Shown one piece after another: positions 38,501 through 51,606 of a stretch of 64,000 bases of DNA (the stretch's first letter is position 1; each line of letters begins with the position of its first letter). Below the pieces are notes generated by a model. The model had not been told where the DNA came from, did no database searches, and saw only the letters and a program-made list of their open reading frames with translations. Both the position numbers and the translations under genes were made by a program. Origin of the DNA: Intoshia linei (taxonomy: Eukaryota > Animalia > Orthonectida); contig LWCA01000022.1 in assembly GCA_001642005.1 (NCBI GenBank), forward strand, positions 14,599 to 78,598. The letters run 5' to 3'.

Positions 38501-41500
38501 TAATGGTATTTATATAATACTTTCCCAGTTAAGCTTTACGACTCGTGGTACATCGATTGATGTTCCAGTTTGGACAGATCGAGACGTTTTAAATTTTAGG
38601 ATATGTACATTGAATAGACTCTTTCAAGATACAATTACAATACATAACAGGTTAGAAATAATCATAATACCAATAAAACAAATTAGAGCAAAATCGGCTT
38701 TGAAATTATCATTTGCTTTTAACGATAAACTTAAAAAATATTTGGAGGTTTTACCGACGAAGGGATATGTTCAAACGGATAATTCATTTAAAGCTCAAGT
38801 TAAATTTACTCCAGAGTACAATTGAATTTTCTATCAATTTTGTAATAATTTAGTAAGTCTTTGTTGGAATTGAAAGAATTTGTTGACTCAGAAAAATCAT
38901 CATTTGAAGCTACTATTACTATCATTGTACCAAATCAGGTTACTTACTTTTTATTATAAATTTAATTTCAATTTTTCTAATAATGATAACAAAATAATCT
39001 CTCTTGGTTTTGGTCACTTTAAGTAACTCTTTTTTATGTGTATACCCTTCTAAACTAGGCTCAATCTCAATGCATATAATTCAATTATAATTTATACGAA
39101 ATATACATTTAGAAGCGACATGTAACTTTCAAATTGATTGCAATATTAACTACATGTGATATTATCATTAAACCAGATTTAATAGATTTTGGACATTGCA
39201 CAGTCGACGAATCAGTTATTGCACCATTCACACTTACAAATATGTCAATATTACCTCAAAAATATGGATTTGTCAATTTACCTTCAGTAATTTTATATAA
39301 ATTGTATATATATATTTTATTTACTGTTAATTATGTATAAACAAATAGTATTTGGAAGTACAACCGAATGATGGATTTGGAACATTATTACCTCAACAAG
39401 AAATGAAATTGGATATTATTTTAACGACAAAAGGTGCAACAAAGTACAATTATCTAGTTAAAATAAAAAATTTATTTAATCGGTAATTTGTTATGTGAAT
39501 TTATTTGACTATTAATATTTAGTTGCTTTTCGTTCAACATTACAGGTGTAGGAGTTTTGCCACCACTTCGATTTTCTTATAATTTTATCAAATTTGCTGC
39601 AACTGCAGTTGGTGATATCTGTACTGAAAAAGTTCATTTAATTAATCATCATGTCAGTCTAAATCAGTTTACCCACCCTCTCCCCCGAATTGCAAATGGT
39701 AATTAATTCAAATAAATGACAAGTATTTAATTTTACTAATGAATCTTATAGGTAAGCCATTACCGATTGGTCCCATTTCTTACGAATTTAAACTTGAAAA
39801 AGATATTCCAATTTCTATTTCTCCTATTGTTGGAGTCATATATCCAAAGTGTGTAAGTATTAGTTCATCTTTAAAGAGTTAATATTATTGAAAATTTTTT
39901 TCGATTGAATTATACTCGAGTGCACCTATCCCTGTAGTATACAAAGATAGAGATATCTTATAATAATAATATATTTAATTTACAAATAATTTTTCAACAA
40001 TGAGTCAAATAGTTGTACTTTCAGTTATTTTTACCAATTAATTCCCATTCCTAATGATCACTGACCATTAGCACTATTAAAAAATAAAATGACAAATTTT
40101 TTTACTTTCTCATAATCATGATATTAATATTTTAATACACAATGTATAAAGTAAACTATTATTAAATTAGGAAAAAACAATAAGATTTCGTTTTATACCA
40201 AAAATCTTGGAATCGGACATTGAAAAAGAAATGGTACTAATTAGCAAAGAATCTAATCTTAAAAAATCGGAATTGCATAAATCTAATGATAATTTACGAA
40301 GTGTAGCCTATTTACGACTTATTAAGAAATATGAAAAAAACGTAAAAATGTACAGTATTCCATGTTTTATCACTCTTGGAGATTGTGAAAAAGGAGACGT
40401 TGGAAAATGTTTGTAATGCCTCATTGCATATTTTAATTTTTAAATATAAAAAATAATTATTATTTTAATATTAATTTAGATTCGAACACACTCTTTATGT
40501 TCGACTAAATTGTCCAATAATTCGACCAGCAATAACAATTTTGTCAGGTGGTACAAATAATACTGTTGATTTTGAAGAAATTCCTATTGGAATAACTAAA
40601 TCAAAAATTTTAACTATACAAAATATTAATAAAGAAGTGATACATGTAATTTTTCATTATTTATAAATATATTGTCATTAGTTACATTCCTCCATATTAA
40701 ATCCAACGGGGCCATTTGAAATGTTAAATACACTTTCTGAAATGATGCCCAATGAAATCATGTCTATAAAATTCAATTTTCATCCCACCAAAGAAGGAAA
40801 GGTTTTATTAGATAAAAATATACATGCATAATAAACATTGATTAGTATCAAGAATATTTCAAAATGTTTTGCAAAAATTATAGCATCAATGTTGCCATAA
40901 AGGCTGAATGTGTTAAACCATTTCTTGAAATATCATTAACCGATCAATATCGAATGGGTCCTCTGTTAGAAAATGATTATGAAGAACAGTATTTTACAGT
41001 AATTTTTATTATCATTTTTTTAATACATAAGATTAATATTTAATAATATTCAGATATGCAATAAATCGCGTTTGAATACAAGCGTGAGTATAGAAATAGC
41101 CAGTCAAAAAATTACTCATTATAGTTATAGCCAAACACTACCTCCTTATATTCAAGATACTGTAAAGTGTAAAAAATATAATGTTGGAGTTCAAAATTAT
41201 AATGGAACTCCTGTATTTGATGTTATACCCTGTAAAATTGATTGTTTGAAGGCTGGTATGTATATAATTACATTATGGACAACCTTTTAGTACTACATTT
41301 TTTCTAGTTATTTTTGTAGTTTTGTTTTTATTTTTGTAGTCATTTTTATCGCTGCGCGGTTCTATTGTAAACATTTTTTCACCTTTTGCCATTGTTGTAT
41401 ACGGAAATAAATTTTTTTGAATAATTATGACGCAATGGGTTGTCGACCTATGTTACTGAATCGATATAATTTTAATAGGTGAAGAAAAAACGTTGTGTCT

Positions 41501-42513
41501 GTCTTTCTCAGCTGATCATATCAGTAACAGTTATGCCGACATTATGAAAATAACATTAGGCGGTCAGGTATAAAAATTATTAATAATTTTTACATGAACT
41601 GCATAGAAAGAATCAATAGATATAAACTTGTTTGGTAAAGTGAAATCGAATTTTATATATCTCGAAAATGAAGACGACGATGACTTCAATTTAGATGAAT
41701 TTAACATTGGAAAAATAAATATAAATATACCCTCAGAATCTGAATCAAAACATATTGTAGCCAAGGAAAATGAACCCATCGTATTGAAACTTTTTAGTCG
41801 AATAGAAAATAATTTGTTCAATCATGTTTCAAAAAATATAATTGTGGGTTGTGTCAAATCAAGTACCATTGCGAAAAAGGTATATCGTTTACTTATATAA
41901 AATTGAATGTCTGTGTGTGTTACCGTATATTTAAAAAATTAACGGTCGTAGAATTAAAAAAACAAAATGTCTAATACAGTTTTTCGTATGGGATGTTGAT
42001 TTATGTTGATTTTTCTGAATTTGAGTTCTTCAGGTCAAAACAATAAATTACCCTTTGTTTTGAAAAGTATTGATAATAATGAAGAGTAGCATTTTTAAGT
42101 TAGATTTTATTATTGTATTTTCTTTTATAGAATAAAAAATTCGCCCTCGGCAAAGCTAGGTGCTGTTTGTACGAAGTACTTAACAGTCAAGCTAAAAAAA
42201 ATAAATAATTGTTGTTATAAATAAATTTAATATCTACTTTAGACTGGAGACTGGTTCTGTGACAATATGAACAATCTTGCTAATTATGGATTAACAGTTG
42301 ATAACATTAAGGTTTTTTATAACTAAATATTATACCAATAAATTAAATTAGGGCTCATTAGAAAAAGGTCAAGAACAAAAAATAAAAATTAGTTGGAATC
42401 CACCTATAAACACCAAAGTTAATCAAGAAATTAATACAAGTTTTAACATATCCTGTAAATCAGATACAACAAATGTCTATAAAATTGAATTGGTTTGTCT
42501 AGTTGAAAATTAA
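29514..42513 (+). CDS. CFAP74: Cilia- and flagella-associated protein 74 (over 30 exons)
   Basis: N-terminal coiled-coil exons from ATG 29514, then STPNEIVFKDFEINKGY...NISHTINY...FTPPGKMSAGLSC...ITQTGPIDIIVKCLTQKC, DVPVWTD..LNRLFQDTITIHNR, IDFGHCTVDES..LTNMSILPQKYGFVNLP, VQPNDGFGTLLP and NQFTHPLPRI. The first 20 exons were traced in phase with GT-AG; later exons were identified by motif. Stop at 42511-42513. Confidence 0.92.
30218..31109. mobile_element. hAT (Charlie-like) non-autonomous element
   Basis: Ends CAGTGGTTCTCAA ... TTGGGAACCACTG. The left end is shared with about 4874-4920 (TTCAAATAGTGTACG...CATTTCAAAAT). Confidence 0.6.
33160..33700 (+). mobile_element. Non-autonomous Helitron family copy
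   Basis: ACTTATATAATATGCTACGCG..(TG)n start. The body is the reverse complement of 27.7-28.2 kb. Confidence 0.75.
35074..36500 (-). mobile_element. Charlie-type hAT element with perfect TSD and nested insertions
   Basis: TIRs CAGTAATTCTCAA / TTGAGAATCACTG. The perfect 8-bp TSD CTCTAGAG is at 35066-35073 and 36501-36508. A frameshifted transposase C-terminus lies on the minus strand at about 35950-36300 (LTDRGLRINF, SMKDDYSDVCSKALGILLSFSISY, GFSTLVNIK). Confidence 0.9.
37393..37990 (+). mobile_element. Non-autonomous Helitron family copy
   Basis: Same 5' motif (TCTTACTTA...TATAATATGCTACGCG..TG tract) and body as the other copies. Confidence 0.75.
41885..42194 (+). mobile_element. Short internally deleted Helitron copy
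   Basis: A|TCGTTTACTTATATAAAA..TGTGTGTGT 5' end. The 3' end GCTAGGTGCTGTTTGTACGAAGTACTTAACAGTCAAGCTAA is a decayed hairpin plus CTAG. Confidence 0.65.
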
Positions 42514-42559
42514 ATAATTAAAATTTAATTAAAAGTACATTTTAAAATGTTTTAAACTG

Positions 42560-45500
42560 TTAAAATTTTAAATAATTGCTTGTAGCTCTAGGATTTTTTA
42601 ACAATTTATCAATTTGATGAGATGGTAAAATGTATTGCGATAACTTGGTGCAATTTTCTTCTGGTTTTTCTCTATGTAAATTATCATTATTAGAAATAAA
42701 AAAAAATTAGAAAAATACCTCTTATAGTTGTCTATTGATTCTAGTAATGACACCAAATCTTTTCTATTCATATTAGAATGTTCAAACTATATAATTTATA
42801 ATGTTTAAAAAGTGGTATTTAATTATTACATTGTCTTCGATTTCTTCATAAACTTTAGATAGTTTATAATCAATTTCTTTCAATTTTCTTTTATTTAATT
42901 TATTTTCTATAAATGATTGAATATTTATGTCTCTATGTGATGATTCATTATCTAAATTAATTAATTTTAATTAATATATTGATTTTAATTTACATTCTTA
43001 GTACATTTTTGGATAAAATGTACTGATTACGAGTTTTCTTTATTTTAAAAATGAATTTATTTAAATATTTACTTTCAAAATTGCTATCTGTCGAACTTGG
43101 TGTTTTGGTATTTAACGAAATTGTCGATAAATTATCAATATAACTACTAGTTTCATCGGATGTTTTATTTAAATCAGATTGAAAAGAAAACTCTGATTCT
43201 TTTCTTTTATTGCTCAAAATCTCCAATCTTTTTGATATTTCACTTACTGTAGTTTCATTCTTATTGTCATATTCAAATACCCTTTCTGGTAAATTGGCGA
43301 TTTTCTAATAAAATGAATTAAAAATTATACATGACTAGGTTGACTGTTATGTACTACGTACAAACAGGACCTAGCTCTATCGACGGCACATTTTTTATTA
43401 TACTTAAAACATAAATTCACGTGGAAAATCCAACTTAAAAATCCTACTACATACCATTCACTGTATCAATCTTTTAAAGTAGTGGTTTCCAAATTTGCTT
43501 CAGGTGGAACATCATATCACATTACTTACTACTTTAAAGTGATTATTCCATCTTAATTTTTTGTTTGGAAACATTTGCGTAAAGAATTTTAAAAACAATT
43601 ATTATCATATTTTTTTAATTTATTGGACAAAATGTGTGTATAATATTAAAAATAAAGTCAAAACAGTCCAATCCTATAAATTGTAATATATAGCATAAAT
43701 TCCAGAAAAAATAAAATTATAAAAACCTATTGTCATTTTCAATATGCCTAATAATTAACCGAATCTTCACTTTATAAACATATTTCAGGCAAATTTTACC
43801 AATATTAAAAAGAATTGTAATAAATATAAAAATAATATTAATGTTTATTATTTCATTCCGTTTTCATTAAAAAAAGAAGGGTAATTTGGGGTTTTGGCCC
43901 TGAAGATATTTTTTTAAATTTAAATTTATGATAATGTTCATGATTATAAAATCCGTATCAGCGTATATATTTTTTAAATTCTTTAACTTGTTTGATTGTC
44001 AAAAAAAGGACAATTGGGGTTTTTGAACCGTAAGATGTGAGTTTGGGATGTTGAAATTTATTTTGCGAATACATTGGAAAAACTGTAATTGAAATGTGGA
44101 CTTTATAAAATTCTAAGACTGGTAGTTATTTCAATAAAATAGAACACACACACAAACAAATATTGCGTAGCATATTATATAAGTACAGATAATGTTGTAT
44201 TGTGCATAATGTATATTCAAATCATTAAATTTAAGCCCAAAATACATTTTTAAAATCATATAAAGAATTTTGATAATTAAAAATTAGTAAATGAGTTGTA
44301 AATTCTTACATAGCAAGCTTCATCAGATTTTTTTTCTTGATCGTCTTCCATATCCGATAACAAATATTGTATTCTTTGCTTTTCATATTCAGTCATTTTT
44401 ATTACATTATTTGTGTCTTTTAGAAGCTAAGATGCATTGAATTATAATAGTTATTATCATTCCTAGGTGAGTGCTTCCCAAATGCCGGTTCGCAGGTATT
44501 TACGATATTTAGAAAAAACCTTAAAAATGTAATATTAATCGTAAAACAGAATGTAATTGTAATATTTCAGCAACGTTTCTTATCACTTACCTTTTTGATG
44601 GGCCATAAAAAATTGATCAAAATGAAAAAATAAATCAACACATGTAATATTATTAAATACCACATTTGTTTGGTGTTCACTATCGATTTATCTTGTGTGT
44701 CAAGTTTCGCAAACCATATAAAAAGTGTTAAAAATAATAAGTAGGTGAACTATTTTGATTTAATTTTAAATTATAATTTGTACATAAGTTCAATTCACTC
44801 TTTCCACAATAATTTGTGATACTTTTTTAAATTACCTCTTTATTTCTAGTGATGAAATTTTTTTCGTAAACTTTTTTGTTTTCGTTTTTTACATTATTCT
44901 CATTGTCGATAGTTTTCTTTTTGATAGGATTATCTTTTGTGTACAATTGAATTTCGGTAGACTGTAAAAATTCACAATTATTTTCATAATTTTTATTTGT
45001 TGGAGTTTTAAAGTGATTTACGCATTCTTTAAATTTATTTGACATTATTGAAGCCAATTTCCCCGAAATATTTTCCAATGATTTTAATAATCTATTAAAT
45101 TAATATATATTTAATATATTAGAATATGTATAAATAAATTTTAAACAAAATCTCGTAAAATAAGTTTTAAATACGAATTATCACATATCAGTTTAATTGA
45201 AATTTCAAAAAGTGAGGAATATATAAACTAAAAACTGGGAATCGTAGCATAAAATAAAAATTATGCATTGTTCACGATTTTCACATCATTGTAATTACCT
45301 TAATATCTTTATTAAAATAAAATAAAAGTTACTAAATTGGTGTGTCGGTCTGTATGTAACCATTTATTCGAAAATATAATTTAAGTTTAAATATTTTAAA
45401 TTTTTACAACCGTAGAAAGTAAGATAAATTTCACTGTCACAATTTACAGCTTCATGTTTAAAAAACCAAGTTTTTCCTTATTTTATATATAAAAAAATTA

Positions 45501-45853
45501 TCAGTCACTGAATTTAAAAAATAAAAAGATTATAATACAGTTTTTCAATCATAATGCAAATAAAGTTGCACCTTTTCGCTCAAACCCAAAACCGCAAATT
45601 ACCCATTATTGAAAATAATAAAAATTTTTAATAACCAAGCTACAATTATAAAATTACAATTTGTACACGGTAGAACAGTAAGATAATACGATAATAATAA
45701 TAATGAATGAAATTTGGGAAACTTTTCATCCGATTGAAATCGTTCCATTTGAATTTTTTTCAGTAATGTATTTGATACATGTAATTTTTCATCCAAACTT
45801 TTAATTTCTGCCAATTTTTGTTCAATTTTTTTATCTGTACAGTTTTCTTTCAT
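42560..45853 (-). CDS. FSIP1: Fibrous sheath-interacting protein 1-like
   Basis: Spliced exons give KLAEIKSLDEKL, NFITRNKELLK (FSIP1 DFIKRNIELAK), MTEYEKQRIQYLLSD (MVDREKKRLVELLKD) and RKLKEIDYKL (RLREIDEKL) in the FSIP1 order. Stop at 42562-42560. The start is uncertain. Confidence 0.72.
43335..44189 (-). mobile_element. Non-autonomous Helitron with both termini
   Basis: Minus strand A|TCTGTACTTATATAATATGC ... CTGTTTGTACGTAGTACATAACAG (hairpin) TCAAC CTAG|T. It has 5'-TC and 3'-CTAG, is inserted between A and T, and has no TSD. Confidence 0.85.
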
Positions 45854-46093
45854 TGATACTGACTATATTAACAGAAATAATATTCATAAATAGTGTAATG
45901 GCAATGAAAACAAAACATTGTTGCCAATATATATGTAAAATGCATTTAAATTTTAAATGTACCATTAAACATGTATTTTTACAACAAATACAATCACAAA
46001 CAATTACTGTAACATGCCAAATGTAAAGATAATAATCATAATAAAAAATTTATTTTTAATACAAACATTACAATTTATTAATATTTTTTTAAT

Positions 46094-49000
46094 TTATTTT
46101 TTCAAAACACGTTTTATAGATTCGAATCGATCGGAACCCCAAAAAAAATCTGTATTGTTGACCAAGAAATGAGGTGCTCCAAATCCCTACATTATTTATT
46201 ATTTATATCTGTTTATATAATTTTTTAACTTATTTTATATAGTAAGGATTAAAAAAGTAAACATTACTCCTAATTTTAAAAGTTGATTAGTGTTTTCTTT
46301 GTAAATTTTAATATATTCTTCATTTTCAATAATTTCTTCAATTTTAATTCTTTCTAATAAATTCAATTTTCGTGCAATCTAAAGTTTTTATATTTCAAAT
46401 AATAATAAATAAATTAATATTTCAATATAAGTGACCTACAGAAAATAATATCTAAGACTCATACTCATAGATAGACTTAAAATGTGCGTATGACAGCGTG
46501 TAACATGGCTATTTGCACTATTTTACATATAAGTAAATACTAAAACCTACATATACAGTTAAAACCGTCACGGCGTTACGTGCAAAAAATATGACTATAA
46601 ATTTGGTTCAAAATACGCATAAAATGTTACGGCGTTAGGAATTAAATTATTATTAACGTTATACATTTATGGTATTAATAAATTGCAAATTATAACCACA
46701 AAACGGTGCTTTATATCTATGTTCTGATAAATTAACACAACTAATTATATATTTTAATAATTAACTCATGTTTTTAAATTCTAACCGCATTTTGTTTACG
46801 CACATTCGATAGAATTTTATTTTCTGAACCTTACCATGTACTGTTATTAATTTTTTAGTCAAGATGCATTCCTTTTGAGCATGTATTTTAAAATATACAT
46901 TGTAGTATATTTTATTTTTTTATACCATAATATCTTAGGAGCCTTTTAAATTTTCTATAATAATTTTGTAATATCCTGAAAATATACAAATTTAATCAAA
47001 CTAACAAACAACCTAAAAAGAAATATGGTAGCATATAATTTAAATTGATCGTTTTTTTAATTTTTGACAGATAATAGCTCTCATATTGATTAGCGCTTGC
47101 TTTTAATAATTATAATTATTAATACAATATGTATGCCGCTATCGATCCTCGAAGGAAAGGTTCTAATTTAAGAAAATTACAAGTACAAGTAATTGATAAG
47201 TAACGGTCCAACATGGTAAGTTTAAAAATTTAAAAGATAAGAAAGACCATAGTAAAAGTATTTGTTATTAAAACAGTTTTTTTAAAAAAAATTTAAAAAA
47301 AGATTAAATTCAAATAATTATTAATATAATAAATTTAGTTTAAATAATTGAACCGGTTAATGAATTTTTAAAGATATTTTACGGAGAGGTAACCTCATTT
47401 CTGCATGATAATCTATAATATATTGATATATATTCATTTTTTATATCACTGCTAAAAACGGGTGCCAAATTGTAACAACATCAATTAAAATATTATATAA
47501 ATACGTATTTCCATTAATTTTATTAAACCATACCTTTTTTAATATTAATATATCTGCTATATTGTTATTCTAAAAAAAGTAACTATATATTAAAATTTAA
47601 AAGTTACTAAATTTCAGTTCATAGCTTACTTAGTAAGCTATTCAGGGATGGGCATCTGCGGCCTTTTAGAAAAATTTTAATTGACAATTCAAAAAACGAT
47701 ATATTGCCTTGAGAAGTAGTTTATCTGATAATAAATGCATCTTGAATTTGAAATCTGACTTTTTTTCTCAATATTCTTGCCATATATAAGATTCATCAAT
47801 TTTTTTATTTTTAAAGAAATAGAAATTTTTCCCCCCATTTAGTTAAATATTTATGTCTGTTTGTCTGTCTAGCTGATATCGTTTATTTAAGAAAATAACA
47901 GTATTAAAGTTTTAAAAATTATATATTTCTATAACAGTTTTTCGAGAATGTTGTTATAACTAAAATTTTGACATTCAGAAATTAAGTCCTTAAAGGTCAA
48001 ACACCCAAATTGTTTTTTTTAATAAATTCAAACCCGTTCTAGAATTATAAAAAATACACATTCTGATAGACAGTTTTAAATTCATCACATAATGATAATT
48101 TTCAATTTCAAAATCTTTATCTTCACGGCCAAACCCCCAAATTACCCTTTTTTGTAATAATTAAGAAATTCATCAATCTAACTTATATGATAAAAATTCT
48201 ACTATTCACTGACTCGCTTGATTTTTAAAAAAAAGACAATTGGGAGTTTTGACCCTTAAGATGTGAGTTTGGGAAATTAAAATTTATCTTATTATAAATG
48301 GCGAAAAAAACTGTAATTGAAATGTGGACTTTACAAAATTCTAAGACTGGTAATTATTAAAATAAACGGTAACACACATACATTCTGTGATGATTTTTAA
48401 ATTCATGACGGATATTCATCATAAACAGACATAGATTTTTAACCATTTTACTTTATACAAGTAAGGATAATTCATAAATATACCAGTAAAATAATAAATA
48501 TCACAAAAATTTACTTGTACAAAAAACGATTTCCAAATTTCTCGAACTGTATCTTCAATCTTATCAGGGTATTTCAATTTTGTAAATATAAGTAAAATGT
48601 TTGCATGTTGAGTGCTTTTTTCGAAAACTTTTTCAATATTCTAAAATATGTATGCCGATAAATATGATTAATTAATTATAAATATTGTTAATATTCTATT
48701 AACCATACAATTTATTATATATTTATGTGGCAAAATGTATAATTTTTAGTTGCATGAAAATATTTTTAAAAAAAATTAAAATTACCTCTAAATCAGTGTT
48801 ATATTCAATATTGTATAACGATAATTGTCTTTCCAAGTCTAGAATCGTATAATCAAATTTATTTTGACAAAAAGTGGAAGGAATATTATCTATATTTTAA
48901 ATTATTAATACTAAAATTACTACAGCATAATAAAATCCTTATTTAAGAACAGATAATCGACATCACCTCCAGTGATTCCATAGTGGTTTACAAAAAAATT

Positions 49001-49795
49001 ATAAATATTTTTTAAATTCATCTTTAGTTTTTACTCATAATTTCCGTAAAATCTTGTTTTTTTGATTTTGTTGAAAAAATTCAGGTACTTAGTATATTTT
49101 TTAATTACTCAATGAATCGACAATGCACACATTATTTTCGCTGCAAATCGGCAGGTTTGTGGTTCGTACATCTTCTACGTCACCATACATTTAATTTCAT
49201 TAATTAATATTTGTAAAAAAAATTATCTACTTATACAATCAATTAATTGTAAGTTAATTATTATTATAATCATTAAAACAATTTCAGGAATGTCAACAAT
49301 GTTAATCATTTGAGGAATTGTTGATACATTTTAAGAATGATAATTTACAGAATGCATGTAAAATGCGATCATTGCAATAATTTCACATAATGCATTCCTC
49401 AAAGGGTTAATTAAACTTACATACATATAATGTATGCATATCCACAATACTGCTAAAAAATTTTAGGGACCTATTTTTCATTTTCGGGTGCCATACCATG
49501 TCTACATGTATGTTAAAATTTATAATTTTTTATATTTACTTGCAGAAAACATGACATGTCCCAAGTTGATGGGCGTGAAATCAATGACAAAATTATAATC
49601 TTTTTTAAATTTGCAAAGGCGCTAAAATTAATTTTTATAAATCATATCATAATAATGTAATACACATATTTTTTAATTTAAAATATATAATCACGGTCAA
49701 CCTATAAAAATAATTATTCATAAATGTACCTCAAAGGCGAGATAAGAATAAGGTGATATAATATCAAAGAAAAATGCAATTTGATTTTCAGTCAT
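46094..49795 (-). CDS. GSTK1: Glutathione S-transferase kappa (DsbA/HCCA-isomerase fold)
   Basis: Seven in-phase exons: MTENQIAFFFDIISPYSYLAFE / RLCKFKKDYNFVIDFTPINLGHVMFSA / NNIPSTFCQNKFDYTILDLERQ.. / ..VREIWKSFFVQ / NNNIADILILKK / IARKLN..YKENTNQLLKLG / GFGAPHFLVNNTDFFWGSDRFE. It has the catalytic SPYS and the FG.P..GSDR motifs. It is absent from the ORF track. Confidence 0.92.
47850..48468. mobile_element. Two Helitron-family fragments in opposite orientation
   Basis: ATGTCTGTTTGTCTGTCT start on the + strand, then family body and ...TATACAAGTAAGGAT 5' end on the - strand. Confidence 0.6.
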
Positions 49796-51065
49796 ATTTT
49801 GTTATGATATGTATGCTTTAATAAATATATACGAAAATGTGTGAATACTAAACCAACATTAACATAATGTTATTTTTGGATATATTATACTATTTTATTT
49901 ACATATTTTTTATTGTTAAACATAAGGGAAATTTTCTTTTTTTAAATTATAAAAAAACAATAATCTCATCATAAAATAAAAATATACAAAATATATGTAT
50001 ATAAATTAAACACGTGTAAATCAAGCCCAAAATATAGCATGGACAAAACGCAGTCTCATTTTTTAATGTAATGAGTAAAATTCTAGTTTCTTGATTAAAT
50101 CAGGTGTAAGAATCGAGTAGTTTACAAGAGAATACAACTTTTTGGTAGTCGATTTTGAAGCAAATAGATAATCAATGATTTTTAATCAATAATCAGTTAA
50201 ATAAATACACTAAAAGTGAGAATAGCTGTTTCATACTCAGATGTGAGTATAGAAAGTCAAATCTAATTAAGCAGAGTCAATAGAGATAAATTCATATCCG
50301 AATTTGATGCCATTCACTCAATCTTATTTAATCTGGATCAAATCTGTTGTTACAGGAAAATATTTTACGATAAAGCTAAAACAGTCAAATCTAATTATTT
50401 CCAGTCAAATTAATTTTTCCTGAATTCACTAAACAACATTTTATAGTGTTTACAGAGTAAACATAAATAAATTTTTCAAAAACTAAATAACCTAAACTTT
50501 ATATATTGTGATTCACAATGGATATCAATAATTATTAATTATCGATTATAATCGAAGATAAATGTTATTTATGTGATATGAGTTGGAATCCTGATCAAAA
50601 AATATGCATTGATGTGTCAATTCCTGAATAATTACGTTAGGAAAATTATTTAAGTTTCATAAATTATATTACAAACAATTATGAGTTGTCAAGTAACAAT
50701 GACACAATAGACTTTATAATAAAGTTTATTACAATCATAACTTGTTATACTCGAATAAGTATGAAATAAAGGGGAAATCATATAATATAGTGCAAATATT
50801 ATAAAAATCAACACTTTTTTTCATTTTAAGATTACAAAAAAAAATCAAAATCAAAAGTCAACAAATAAGTGAATCGTACTTTTAATTTTAAAGATGAGAT
50901 AAATTTGTGAATATTGATAGCATCATAAAAAATATAATTTTAAATAATTAATATTGTCGATAGCAAACATAAAATTTAAACAAAAATGGTTGCATTGTCT
51001 AGATTGAATAGTTTTGTTGTAGGTGAATTTTTATTTTTTTCTTTAGCTAGCAACCGATTTATATA

Positions 51066-51324
51066 CAGTATTCTTTCTACAACTCGCCAACTCTATAACT
51101 CGTCATTAATTTAAAATATAAACTAAAAGTTTTAATAACTTTAACCAAAATCATGTTTCAAAATAAGTTAAGTTACATATTGTATTTTGTATTGAATTTT
51201 ACAATTTTTATTGCAATTAAACCTTTAATTTAAAGCTGTTATTTGCTGTTTTTATAGTTTTAAATTCTCTATCTCGCCAATTTTTTCTAAATCCCAATAA
51301 TGGCGAGTTATAGAAAGAATACTG
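51066..51324. mobile_element. pogo/Tigger-type MITE
   Basis: 24-bp TIRs CAGTATTCTTTCTACAACTCGCCA / TGGCGAGTTATAGAAAGAATACTG (1 mismatch) flanked by TA on both sides. A second, inverted copy starts at 35532. Confidence 0.88.
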
Positions 51325-51606
51325 TAGTTTCAGACTGAAACTTTCAGTTCGTTTTAAATTTCTCAATATATATTATCTATCTTTGATTCTTGAAATATGG
51401 AATATTTTTGGTATTCAATTTAATGATGTAAATTTGTAAAAATAAATACAGAATATAAAAAACATGAAAATTTCTCTGTAATTAAGTAAAAATGTAAAAT
51501 TCGCGCCATGAAACGTTATCGTACATTTCATAATACATCATATATTCTTATCTAAAACAATTGCGCAAATTTTGATTTTTTGTTTAATTATTTATATTAA
51601 ATTTAA

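Noticed and set aside
48950-49190. Possible extra GSTK1 exon
   Set aside because: The flanking exons already join in phase and match GST kappa, and this segment has stops in the frames tested.
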